From positions 1-47,393 of the forward strand of contig JAGAQK010000159.1 in assembly GCA_017622825.1 (NCBI GenBank): DNA of 47,393 nucleotides. Reading direction: 5' to 3'. The notes under the pieces were generated by a model. That model did not search any database. It saw nothing but the letters and a program-made list of their open reading frames with translations, and was not told the origin of the DNA. Below are positions 19,971 through 28,331 of this stretch, piece by piece. Source of the DNA: Clostridia bacterium. GTDB lineage: Bacteria; Bacillota; Clostridia; UBA1212; UBA1255. Position numbers and translations under genes: made by a program. The stretch's first letter is position 1, and every line of letters begins with the position of its first letter.

Positions 19971-21170
19971 ATGCCAAAAGAGCAGAAAGACAAGAAAAAG
20001 AAAAAATACAAATTGCAGGTTATGGATGTTATTACCATTGTTTTTACAGCCGCAATTTTAGGAATTATGGGTTACGTGTTGTACGACCACATTGCAGAGA
20101 ATTCGTCTGATCCGGGCAATTCAAGCAAAGCTACGGTTAGCAACTCAACTCCGGCTCCAACAAAAGAACCTACTTTGACTGACGTCGGTAACATTTACGG
20201 TAACATCACAAATGATGCAAATGTTGTTATCAACGACGGACGCGAGTATTTTATTTCTGTTGATGATAACGGCGATAAGCACATTTACGTTACTGTAGAT
20301 AATGTAACGACTGATCTTATAAAAACCGAAGCTTCGTGTCTTAACGTTATAACAGACTACGTGACGCATGCAGACGTTGCTACTACAGAGCCATATTTTG
20401 TTTTCTATATTAATGGCGACGGCAAGATTTGTTACTTCTACGATTACCCGGGAAGTGACGGCGCTGTATCTGAGTCTCTGAGAACAGAAAATATTTTCCT
20501 TGACGGCTCTTATAAAGTAATTGACGTTAGTGGCGAATACGTATATCACCTGAATTCTGACGGTGTAGTTGCCAAAACAAGTATAATAAGCAAAACGACC
20601 GAAACATTAAGTTCAGAGAGAAAGTACAAGAGCTTTGTATTGTATTTCGGTACTATTTACGCCGAAGCAGAGGATGGCAATATATACAGAATGAATTCCG
20701 TGATAGAATCTGCAGATGCTTCTTCTACGGCTTCGGCAGTTCCCACAGCGACAGCGACAGCAACTGCAACAGCGACTGCATCTCCTGCTCCCAAAGAAAT
20801 CTTGACTGTAAGCGGTCCTTTTGATTCTTATGCCTTGGATGAGGATTGGATATATGTTATTAACGGAGAGAGCATTTTGAGGTATTCGGCAGAAAGCACA
20901 GATGCCAAAGATACGCTTTGCAATATTAAAGCTGAAAGCATTAATGCCTACAGCAATGCACTGTTCTATTATGCTGACGGTCATTTGTACACAGCTACTG
21001 CAGAGGGACTTCTAATGGGTGAGTTTACGGATCTCGGAGAAATATCCTCTACAAAGAGCATAAATGTTTCGTCAAATGCAGTATACGTTGTAAATGAAAA
21101 AGGTAAGCTTTGCAAGTCAACGTATGACAAGGATGCAAAAGCTTACTCTGCATTCAAAGAAATGAATTAA
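19971..21170 (+). CDS. Membrane-anchored repeat protein (DUF5050-like, beta-propeller-type repeats)
   Basis: It has a Lys-rich N-terminus and one TM helix (VITIVFTAAILGIMGYVLY). Seven similar short motifs follow, of the type h-Y-x-(N/D)-x-x-G-x-h-Y/C (for example DWIYVINGESILRY, ALFYYADGHLYTAT). A (Thr-Ala)n linker is present. An AGAGGTGG SD lies upstream. Confidence 0.55.
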   Translation: MPKEQKDKKKKKYKLQVMDVITIVFTAAILGIMGYVLYDHIAENSSDPGNSSKATVSNSTPAPTKEPTLTDVGNIYGNITNDANVVINDGREYFISVDDNGDKHIYVTVDNVTTDLIKTEASCLNVITDYVTHADVATTEPYFVFYINGDGKICYFYDYPGSDGAVSESLRTENIFLDGSYKVIDVSGEYVYHLNSDGVVAKTSIISKTTETLSSERKYKSFVLYFGTIYAEAEDGNIYRMNSVIESADASSTASAVPTATATATATATASPAPKEILTVSGPFDSYALDEDWIYVINGESILRYSAESTDAKDTLCNIKAESINAYSNALFYYADGHLYTATAEGLLMGEFTDLGEISSTKSINVSSNAVYVVNEKGKLCKSTYDKDAKAYSAFKEMN

Positions 21171-21179
21171 TATAATATA

Positions 21180-21836
21180 TTAGAAATTGATTATTTCATT
21201 TGTAGCGGAGGCGCTGTAATCAGCGTTCTCCGCTTTTAATTTTTCTTTATCTCCATAACCGTACAAAATAGCACACGTATTCATACCGGCTGATTTTCCC
21301 GCTTGTATGTCTGTATATGAGTCCCCTACCATAATTGACTTTGCAGGATCGGCTTTCATTGCTTTTAGACAAAGAACAAGGCCCTCCGGATCGGGTTTCA
21401 TTCTCGTAACAGACTCAGGACCGATTATTTTTGTGAAATACTGTGCTATACCGAGCTTTTCTACAACAAGGAGCGTTATTGCTTCAGGTTTATTTGAAAC
21501 AATACTCATTTTTATACCTCTTTCGGACAATTGTGCTGCCACATTTTTAAAGCCGTCATAAAGGACCGTCTTATCACAAGGATGATTTTTATAATATTCT
21601 TTATACCACACAAGTGCCTCATCACATTTTTCTCTTGAAAGCTGTTTCATAGAGCAGTCTATCAAGTATTTTGCACCATGTCCCACGTATGACATTATAG
21701 TGTCATAATCAAGCTCAGGTATATTGTACTGTCTTTGTGTTGCCTGCACAGAAGCTACAATATCTCTTCCTGTGTCAGCTACAACACCGTCAAAATCAAA
21801 AATCACAGATTCAATTTCACTAAACAATTTACTCAT
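21180..21836 (-). CDS. HAD-superfamily hydrolase (phosphoglycolate phosphatase/PpaX-like)
   Basis: Motif I is VIFDFDGVVADT. Other matches are SIVSNK and GDSYTDIQAGKSAGM. Confidence 0.8.
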   Translation of the reverse strand: MSKLFSEIESVIFDFDGVVADTGRDIVASVQATQRQYNIPELDYDTIMSYVGHGAKYLIDCSMKQLSREKCDEALVWYKEYYKNHPCDKTVLYDGFKNVAAQLSERGIKMSIVSNKPEAITLLVVEKLGIAQYFTKIIGPESVTRMKPDPEGLVLCLKAMKADPAKSIMVGDSYTDIQAGKSAGMNTCAILYGYGDKEKLKAENADYSASATNEIINF

Positions 21837-21838
21837 AA

Positions 21839-22795
21839 TTAAAACATCTTCTTTTTAAATAGTATTAATATTACAATAGCACAAATAAGTGCAGTTCCGC
21901 CCAAAATCAAATAAAATGCCGATGCCACGTCAGCCAGCGGCAGTGCAACGTTCATTCCGAAGAATCCCGAAATCATAGTAGGAATAGCCATTACAATTGT
22001 TAATGCAGCAAGCAATTTCATAACATTGTTTTGGTTGTTAGAAATAATAGATGCGAATGCATCCATTGTGCCACTTAATATATTACTGTAAATATAAGCC
22101 ATCTCTATAGCCTGTTTGTTTTCTATAATAACGTCTTCAAGCAAATCCTCATCATCAGGGTATTTGCGAATACTTATATTTTCATAATTGTACTTAAGGA
22201 GCTTTTCCAATACAATCTCGTTTGATTTCAATGACGTAGAAAAATAGACCAATGATTTTTCTAAAGAAAGCAGTAATATAAGCTCTTTGTTTTTCATTGA
22301 TTTATGAACTTCGTTCTCAATATTGTGGCTTATCTTGTCAATTTGACGCAAGTATTGTAAATAGTAAGTTGCATTTCTATACATCAATTGAAGAATAAAA
22401 CGATTTTTCTTAAAAGTCGCGAAAGTCTTTACTCTGTTATCCAAAAAATCCTTAATCAACTGGTTTTTCTTTAAACACACGGTGATTACGCATTCTTTGC
22501 ATACAACAATACCCATTGGCATTGTAGAAAACATAAAGCTGTATGAGCTGTCCTTTGTAGACTCCACAATTGGGATGTCTGTAAGTACAAGCGTACAACC
22601 ATCTTCTGATTCTATACGCGGGCGTTCTTCTTCGTCCAAAGCTGCTGTCAAAAAGTCCTTTTCTGCTCCGGTCATTTTGCCAACCTGTTCAATTTCATCC
22701 TTAGTAGGGTCAAGCATATTAATCCAACAACCCTGCTGCGGCTCATTTAATTTCACAAGTTTACCTTGTGTATCCGTCATAAAAATCTCATACAT
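21839..22795 (-). CDS. corA: CorA-family magnesium/cobalt transporter
   Basis: 318 aa, with two C-terminal TM helices and the signature GFFGMNV. Confidence 0.88.
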   Translation of the reverse strand: MYEIFMTDTQGKLVKLNEPQQGCWINMLDPTKDEIEQVGKMTGAEKDFLTAALDEEERPRIESEDGCTLVLTDIPIVESTKDSSYSFMFSTMPMGIVVCKECVITVCLKKNQLIKDFLDNRVKTFATFKKNRFILQLMYRNATYYLQYLRQIDKISHNIENEVHKSMKNKELILLLSLEKSLVYFSTSLKSNEIVLEKLLKYNYENISIRKYPDDEDLLEDVIIENKQAIEMAYIYSNILSGTMDAFASIISNNQNNVMKLLAALTIVMAIPTMISGFFGMNVALPLADVASAFYLILGGTALICAIVILILFKKKMF

Positions 22796-22797
22796 TA

Positions 22798-23142
22798 TTA
22801 TCTACCATCTTTCCACAATCTCTCAATGTTGTAAAATTCCCTCTCAGATTCAAGGAAAATGTGAACAACAACATCCAGATAATCCATCAAAATCCAGCTC
22901 GCCGTATCGTATCCCTCAAGGTGAGCACATTTAAATCCCTTTTCTTCGAGCTTTTCCTCAACCAAATCTGCAATACCGCGAAGATGCGTTGATGACGTAC
23001 CGCTGCACACAACAAAATAATCTGTTACAGATTCAAGTTTCGGTGACTGTATTATTTCAATATTTTTTGCTTTACGGTCTTCAAGCGCTTTAACAATATC
23101 ATCTGCAAGTTTTTTACTGTCTTCTATTGTCATATTATTCAT
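22798..23142 (-). CDS. rsfS: Ribosome silencing factor RsfS (iojap family)
   Basis: 114 aa: ...DYFVVCSGTSSTHLRGIADLVEEKLEEKG...EGYDTASWILMDYLDVVVHIF. It follows yqeK, as in the Firmicutes yqe cluster. Confidence 0.9.
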   Translation of the reverse strand: MNNMTIEDSKKLADDIVKALEDRKAKNIEIIQSPKLESVTDYFVVCSGTSSTHLRGIADLVEEKLEEKGFKCAHLEGYDTASWILMDYLDVVVHIFLESEREFYNIERLWKDGR

Positions 23143-24316
23143 TCTCCTTAATCTCTTTTGTTATCCAGTTTCTCGTTCTTACTGTCTGCGTGCATATTTG
23201 ACTCACGCCACGCTTAATATTGTATATCAACGTACTGTCACACTCTTCCAACATAGCCTCATTGAGCTTGCCTTCTGCTATTTTCGCCCTTACCGCATCG
23301 TATGTAGCACCCACTCTGCCCTTTTCGGTATAATCGGCTACGAAAACCATTTGCGTCACAATACCCATCTCGGGTTTTCCTGTAATATGGCATCTTATTG
23401 CCTCGAGAACTTCGTCATCACAAACTCCGTACCTCTCTTTTGCAAGTATAGCACCCGCTTCGGCATGTAGCAAGACTTGTTTCGCGTCATAATCACATTT
23501 TTCGTTATTGTCTATTCCCAACCAAAGATACTGCTTTGCAGTCAACTCTTTGGCACAATCGTGCAAAATACCGGCAAGGCGACACTTTTCGATATCTGCG
23601 CCAAACATTTGAGCCAGTCTGGCACTCTCCTCAGCAACGTTTACGGAATGCTCATACCTCCGCGGGCTCAGCAAGCCTTTCAAATCTTCACATATTTCTT
23701 CAAAGGTCATCTTTCTTGTATTGTAAAGATCGTTCTTTTTTATATAATCTTCCACTCCCGCGGGCAAGAACTCACCTGCTCCGCAGCCGTTTTTTATCAT
23801 TTCTCGTATTTGAGTCGAGGACACATCATATTGAGGTATCTCTGCAAGGCAAACGCGAGCTCCCGCATCACACGCTTTCTTAAAATCAGAAGCAAACGTT
23901 TCGTCGTCAGCCCCCGGTCTTCTCATGGCAACGAAACAGCAAAGCTTGAATACATCTTCGCTCCTGTACCAATTAAATATGTCAGCAAGCGTATCAGCAC
24001 CTATTATCATATAAAATTCTTCGTCCTTAGCGGCATTTTTATGAAGCTCTGTGAGCGTGTCAAACGTGTACGTGTAACTTTTTCTGTTACATTCAATATC
24101 GCTTACTTCAAAGCCTTCATAGCCCGAAACAGCAACACGTACCATAGCAAGCCTGTCTTTTGACGGAGTTACTCTTCTTGCTATCTTATGAGGCGGTTCC
24201 CCCGTAGGAATAAAAATAATCCTGTCGAAGTTAAAAGCCTTTTTAATTTTGACGGCGGAGAGCAAATGTCCTTTATGAATAGGATCAAACGTCCCGCCAA
24301 AAATTCCCGTACGCAT
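23135..24316 (-). CDS. nadD: Nicotinate-nucleotide adenylyltransferase (NadD) fused in frame to a YqeK-type HD-domain phosphohydrolase
   Basis: Start set to ATG 24314..24316 (MRTGIFGGTFDPIHKGHL), with a GGAGGT SD upstream. The 60 extra codons in the track ORF overlap a terminator and the neighbouring gene. NadD ends near ...EDYIKKNDLY. YqeK begins at MTFEEICEDLKGLLSPRRYEHSVNVAEESARLA...GILHDCAKE (ATG 23708..23710). There is no stop codon between them. Confidence 0.85.
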   Translation of the reverse strand: MRTGIFGGTFDPIHKGHLLSAVKIKKAFNFDRIIFIPTGEPPHKIARRVTPSKDRLAMVRVAVSGYEGFEVSDIECNRKSYTYTFDTLTELHKNAAKDEEFYMIIGADTLADIFNWYRSEDVFKLCCFVAMRRPGADDETFASDFKKACDAGARVCLAEIPQYDVSSTQIREMIKNGCGAGEFLPAGVEDYIKKNDLYNTRKMTFEEICEDLKGLLSPRRYEHSVNVAEESARLAQMFGADIEKCRLAGILHDCAKELTAKQYLWLGIDNNEKCDYDAKQVLLHAEAGAILAKERYGVCDDEVLEAIRCHITGKPEMGIVTQMVFVADYTEKGRVGATYDAVRAKIAEGKLNEAMLEECDSTLIYNIKRGVSQICTQTVRTRNWITKEIKENE

Positions 24317-24331
24317 TTCTGCTACCTCCGT

Positions 24332-24371
24332 AAAAATTAAAATCCCGTGCTTTGTATCAGCACGGGATTTT
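24332..24371 (-). terminator. Intrinsic terminator after the 118-aa orphan gene
   Basis: A perfect 13-bp stem, AAAATCCCGTGCT / AGCACGGGATTTT, encloses a 7-nt loop. On the minus strand it is followed by AATTTTTAC. Confidence 0.75.
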
Positions 24372-24392
24372 AGGAATGTACATATATCCGCG

Positions 24393-24749
24393 TTATTTGC
24401 GCGGAACTTTCTTATCCATTGCTTTACCGTAGCTGTACCAGGAATTACGCAATTTATGACGCAAATCCACATCAAACACCCATTCAATAGCTTCATTAAG
24501 CTGTTTTCTCATATTCATATAAACAACCCTGTCAAAGCCATCTTGTTTTAAAAGTTCCTCCATCTCACCAAGCCAAGTAAGTACATGGTCTATGCCTGTC
24601 GCATCCGGATCAACTTTTTTCTTCAAATGCATAACCACAAGCTTAACTGATTTCTTTTGCAAATCAGCATCAGTTAACTCTTTTTTTCTCTTTTTATCTT
24701 TTGCTTCGGCAATTTTTTCGGTAATGCCATCCGCACCACCAGTTTTCAT
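24393..24749 (-). CDS. Hypothetical protein, 118 aa, Lys-rich N-terminus
   Basis: Intact ORF with a GGAGGT SD 6 nt upstream of the ATG and its own terminator. I recognise no family. Confidence 0.6.
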   Translation of the reverse strand: MKTGGADGITEKIAEAKDKKRKKELTDADLQKKSVKLVVMHLKKKVDPDATGIDHVLTWLGEMEELLKQDGFDRVVYMNMRKQLNEAIEWVFDVDLRHKLRNSWYSYGKAMDKKVPRK

Positions 24750-24824
24750 GGCAGTACCTCCGTTTCTTATTATTTTATTACTTTAATTGGAGTATACCAC
24801 CCTTCGCGGGCAAAAGCAAATATT

Positions 24825-26183
24825 TTAATTTTTAAGACTAAAAAGCGGTGCAGGTATTCTGCCACCCCTATTTATAAATCTGCTGCAGTCATACTGTCTT
24901 ACGGCCATTACCGGTCCGCTTCCAAGCAATCCTCCGAATTCAACTGTATCACCAACAACTTTGCCCGGAGCCGGTATGATTCTCACAGCCGTAGTTTTTG
25001 TATTAACCATTCCTATAGCAGTCTCATCAGCAATAATTGCTGAAATTGTAGCCGCATCGGTATTTCCCGGTACAACTATCATATCAAGACCCACGGAACA
25101 CACACACGTCATTGCTTCTAATTTTTCAATACAAAGAGCTCCGCTTCTTACAGCTTCTATCATTCCCTCATCTTCACTGACAGGAATAAACGCACCGCTT
25201 AATCCTCCCACGTGAGAAGAAGCCATAACGCCGCCTTTCTTTACCGCATCATTAAGAAGTGCCAAAGCAGCCGTTGTTCCCGGTCCGCCGCAATGTTCAA
25301 GACCCATGCTCTCCAAAATCCTTGCAACGCTGTCGCCTACCGCGGGTGTGGGTGCCAAAGAAAGGTCTACTATGCCAAAAGGCACGTTAAGTCTCTCACT
25401 AGCCTCTTTTGCAACGAGCTGTCCCATTCTCGTTATTTTAAAAGCAGTTTTCTTTATAGTCTCCGCAAGTACAGTAAAATCGCTGTCCTTTACAGTATCT
25501 ATGGCACATTTCACAACGCCGGGTCCGCTTACGCCGACGTTAATTACACACTCAGGTTCTCCCACTCCATGGAATGCTCCCGCCATAAACGGGTTGTCCT
25601 CCGGTGCATTTGCAAAAACAACAAGTCTTGCACAATCCGAACCTCCTGTGTCAGCAGAAAGCTCAGCCGCTTTCTTTATAAGAACACCCATATCTCTGAC
25701 GGCATCCATATTTATACCGGCTTTGGTAGTACCTACATTGACGCTTGAGCAAACCTTGCTCGTGGCATGCAACGCATAAGGTATTGACTCTATGAGTTTT
25801 TTCTCGCTTTCGGTGTATCCCTTATGCACAAGTGCCGAGAAACCTCCAATGAAGTTTACTCCTACGGAATTCGCCGCTCTTTCAAGAGTTTGTGCAATCT
25901 TAACACAACCGTCAACATCAGTATTTGAAATAAGACCTATGGGTGTAACCGAAATTCTCTTGTTAACTATCGGAATACCGTATTCGTTCTCAATATCGCA
26001 GGCAGTTTTAACGAGATTACCTGCTCTTGTTGTTATTTTATCGTAAATCTTGCGGCATTTGACATCAATATCGTCAGAAGCACAATCGAGCAAATTTATA
26101 CCCATTGTGACCGTACGTATGTCTAAATGCTCTTTCTGTATCATTCTGATTGTTTGAGCAATCTCATCTGCAGGTATGAACAT
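24825..26183 (-). CDS. UPF0210/DUF711-family protein
   Basis: 452 aa: ...[24 protein letters not shown]...[13 protein letters not shown]... This is the characteristic UPF0210 N-terminus, and the gene is paired with the small ACT protein upstream. Confidence 0.8.
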   Translation of the reverse strand: MFIPADEIAQTIRMIQKEHLDIRTVTMGINLLDCASDDIDVKCRKIYDKITTRAGNLVKTACDIENEYGIPIVNKRISVTPIGLISNTDVDGCVKIAQTLERAANSVGVNFIGGFSALVHKGYTESEKKLIESIPYALHATSKVCSSVNVGTTKAGINMDAVRDMGVLIKKAAELSADTGGSDCARLVVFANAPEDNPFMAGAFHGVGEPECVINVGVSGPGVVKCAIDTVKDSDFTVLAETIKKTAFKITRMGQLVAKEASERLNVPFGIVDLSLAPTPAVGDSVARILESMGLEHCGGPGTTAALALLNDAVKKGGVMASSHVGGLSGAFIPVSEDEGMIEAVRSGALCIEKLEAMTCVCSVGLDMIVVPGNTDAATISAIIADETAIGMVNTKTTAVRIIPAPGKVVGDTVEFGGLLGSGPVMAVRQYDCSRFINRGGRIPAPLFSLKN

Positions 26184-26198
26184 TTTTACACCGCCTTA

Positions 26199-26471
26199 TT
26201 AAATTTTATGCATTGAATTGAATATATCAACGTGCTGCAGTTGCATCTGCAAGCCCATTTCCGCACCGAGATTTTTAAAGTAAGCAGCAAGCTCGCTGAA
26301 ACTCTCTGTAGCGCCACTGACGTCAACAAGCATAACCATCGTAAATATATCATCCATTGTTGTTTGACTGATATCTAATATATTAACATTAACTTTTGCA
26401 AAATAACCTGAAACCGCAGCTATAATACCTACGCGGTCACAACCTATAACTGATAAAACAGCCTTTACCAT
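26199..26471 (-). CDS. ACT-domain protein (UPF0237 family)
   Basis: Start set to ATG 26469..26471 (MVKAVLSVIGCDRVGIIAAVSGYFAKVNVNILDISQTTM), with a GGAGAG SD 7 nt upstream. Confidence 0.8.
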   Translation of the reverse strand: MVKAVLSVIGCDRVGIIAAVSGYFAKVNVNILDISQTTMDDIFTMVMLVDVSGATESFSELAAYFKNLGAEMGLQMQLQHVDIFNSMHKI

Positions 26472-26485
26472 ATTCGCACTCTCCT

Positions 26486-27385
26486 TCATTTTGTAAATCC
26501 TTTAAACGTGTAACCTTGTGACATTGCCCACTCCACGAAGCTTGAAACCTGTGTAACGAGATTATCTGAAATCTCACTTGACTGGAACTGAACTCCGTTG
26601 TATACCTGTGCACGTGAGCCGGCATCGGTTACAAAGTTACAAAGCTTAAACGTGACGGTATAATCCATAAGAGTCGCAAGTCTTGCATTACGTTGTGAAA
26701 TAAAGTCAGGAGAATAGAATTGAATTTTTGCGTTTTCTCCCACAATAGCCTGCAAGCGTTTCTCCATATTGACGAGCGAATCACGCAAAGCACCTGCCGA
26801 TACTGCAAGCTGGTCAATTGATTTATCTCCTCTGGAACCTATCGTGTGCCCTTCGTTATAGATTTTCTTTATTGTATCTGCGTTGGCTTCTTCATTAAGA
26901 TACATTGAAGAAACGTAGAACGTGAACTTAATATTCTTATTTTTTGCAAGCTCAAGCAACTTTTCAACTCGCGGGTTCACATCAGAATAATGGAGCAAAA
27001 ATGCCAAATAAATGTCATTTGAGCCGGAACCGGGGTTAGAAAGTAAGTACGTGCATTGCTCAAGTGCTGTTTTGGTTGCCGCACTTGAGAACTCTTTTGT
27101 ATCAGGCGATACACTGAGATTAAGGTTATCATTTGCAAGTCCGTTAAGCTGTGTAAGGTCTATTTCGCTTGCAGGAGTCTTTGTAGGCTCCGCTGTGGAT
27201 ATCGGACCCGTTGTAGCGCCACCTGTCGGTAAAGCTGTATTGCCCGGCGCAGAAGTTTTATTTATGCTGATAGTAGCATCCGGATCAGGCACATCTTCGC
27301 TTTTATCGCTGCACGCTCCTACCCAAATAAAAAGACTTACTGCAATAAATAATATAATCAATGTAATTAATTGGCTTTTTTTCAT
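26486..27385 (-). CDS. Putative lipoprotein with a divergent polysaccharide-deacetylase (NodB)-like domain
   Basis: Start set to ATG 27383..27385 (MKKSQLITLIILFIAVSLFIWVGAC, which contains a lipobox). A Pro/Thr-rich linker follows. The C-terminal domain resembles the NodB fold by eye, but the usual catalytic motifs appear replaced. Confidence 0.5.
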   Translation of the reverse strand: MKKSQLITLIILFIAVSLFIWVGACSDKSEDVPDPDATISINKTSAPGNTALPTGGATTGPISTAEPTKTPASEIDLTQLNGLANDNLNLSVSPDTKEFSSAATKTALEQCTYLLSNPGSGSNDIYLAFLLHYSDVNPRVEKLLELAKNKNIKFTFYVSSMYLNEEANADTIKKIYNEGHTIGSRGDKSIDQLAVSAGALRDSLVNMEKRLQAIVGENAKIQFYSPDFISQRNARLATLMDYTVTFKLCNFVTDAGSRAQVYNGVQFQSSEISDNLVTQVSSFVEWAMSQGYTFKGFTK

Positions 27386-27426
27386 TTGTTTTTGCACCTC
27401 GCTGTGAGTGTTAAAAATACCCTTTA

Positions 27427-27455
27427 ATCTTACCAAATCATCGTCTTTTTTGCAA
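27427..27455 (-). promoter_or_regulatory. Possible sigma-A promoter for the lipoprotein/ACT/UPF0210 operon
   Basis: The minus strand has TTGCAA, a 17-nt spacer, then TAAGAT. It overlaps a short hairpin (CGTCTT/AAGACG) downstream of punA. Confidence 0.35.
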
Positions 27456-27490
27456 GACGGAATAATCTCGCTCGCCGCACTTGTCTGCGA

Positions 27491-28330
27491 TTAAATATTT
27501 ATAATAATCTCAGTTAAAAGTTTACTGAAATTCGCCTCTGCTTTGTCTGCAATCTCTTTAACTTCGCTATGAGAGAGCTTTTGATTCAATATTCCCGCAG
27601 CCATATTTGTAATACAGCTTATGCCGCCAACTTCGATACCTGCATGATGTGCCGCTATTGCTTCTATAACCGTACTCATGCCTACTGCATCCGCTCCGAG
27701 AGAACGCATCATTCGGATCTCAGCAGGCGTTTCGTACTGAGGTCCCGGCGCTTGAAGATATACTCCGCTTTTAACAGCAACGCCTATTTTCAGAGAAGCC
27801 TCTTTAACAGCTTTTTGGATTCTCAATGAGTAAACCTCAGACATATCCGGAAATCTTGTGCCAAATTGCTCCATGTTATCGCCCTCAAGAGGTGACTGCA
27901 CAAAGCTTGAAATATGGTCTGTTATGAGCATAAAATCGCCCGGTGCAAAGCTCAAATTCACACCTCCTGCTGCATTTGTGAGTATCAGCTTTTTAACCCC
28001 AAGCAAGCTTGCAATTCTTATCGGCATAACCGCATCACAAGGCCGGTATCCTTCGTATAAATGAATTCTGCCTTGCATAAACATAACGCAAGCTTCTCCC
28101 ACGTATCCGAAAACAAACTTACCGGCGTGGCCGCTTACGGTCGACACGGGCATATCAGGGATTTGCGAATACGGTATCTCGCATACTTTAAGCACACTTT
28201 CACTCTGTGCGAAATGGCCAAGTCCGGAGCCCAAAACCACCATAATCTCAGGGGCAAAATCTCGTATTTTTTCCCTTATGAACTGCGCGGCATTTTCTAT
28301 GCGCGCATATTCTTTTTTTGAATCATCCAT
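27491..28330 (-). CDS. punA: Purine nucleoside phosphorylase (PunA type)
   Basis: From ATG 28328..28330: MDDSKKEYARIENAAQFIREKI...VVLGSGLG...VSGHAGKFVFG...LTNAAGG...GPQYETPAEIRMMRSLGADAVGMSTV. An AGGTGA SD lies 5-6 nt upstream. In the sequence as given, this reading frame is continuous with pmbA upstream. Confidence 0.88.
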   Translation of the reverse strand: MDDSKKEYARIENAAQFIREKIRDFAPEIMVVLGSGLGHFAQSESVLKVCEIPYSQIPDMPVSTVSGHAGKFVFGYVGEACVMFMQGRIHLYEGYRPCDAVMPIRIASLLGVKKLILTNAAGGVNLSFAPGDFMLITDHISSFVQSPLEGDNMEQFGTRFPDMSEVYSLRIQKAVKEASLKIGVAVKSGVYLQAPGPQYETPAEIRMMRSLGADAVGMSTVIEAIAAHHAGIEVGGISCITNMAAGILNQKLSHSEVKEIADKAEANFSKLLTEIIINI

Positions 28331-28331
28331 T

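Noticed and set aside
20613-20984. A Cys/Arg-rich 123-aa minus-strand ORF (..CSRCCSCCRCRCGNCRSRRRS..).
   Set aside because: It is the antisense reading of the (Thr-Ala)n hexanucleotide repeat inside the 399-aa plus-strand gene, so it is an artefact of the repeat.
23477-24163. Plus-strand ORFs of 228 and 115 aa antisense to nadD-yqeK.
   Set aside because: The reasoning is the same: the minus-strand frame carries clear NadD and HD-domain motifs, and the plus-strand products are low-complexity with no SD.
24317-24496. A 60-codon N-terminal extension of the nadD ORF in the track (MKLLNGCLMW...).
   Set aside because: The extension runs through the 13-bp terminator hairpin and overlaps the 3' end of the upstream orphan gene. 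The canonical NadD N-terminus (MRTGIFGGTFDPIH) has its own GGAGGT SD.
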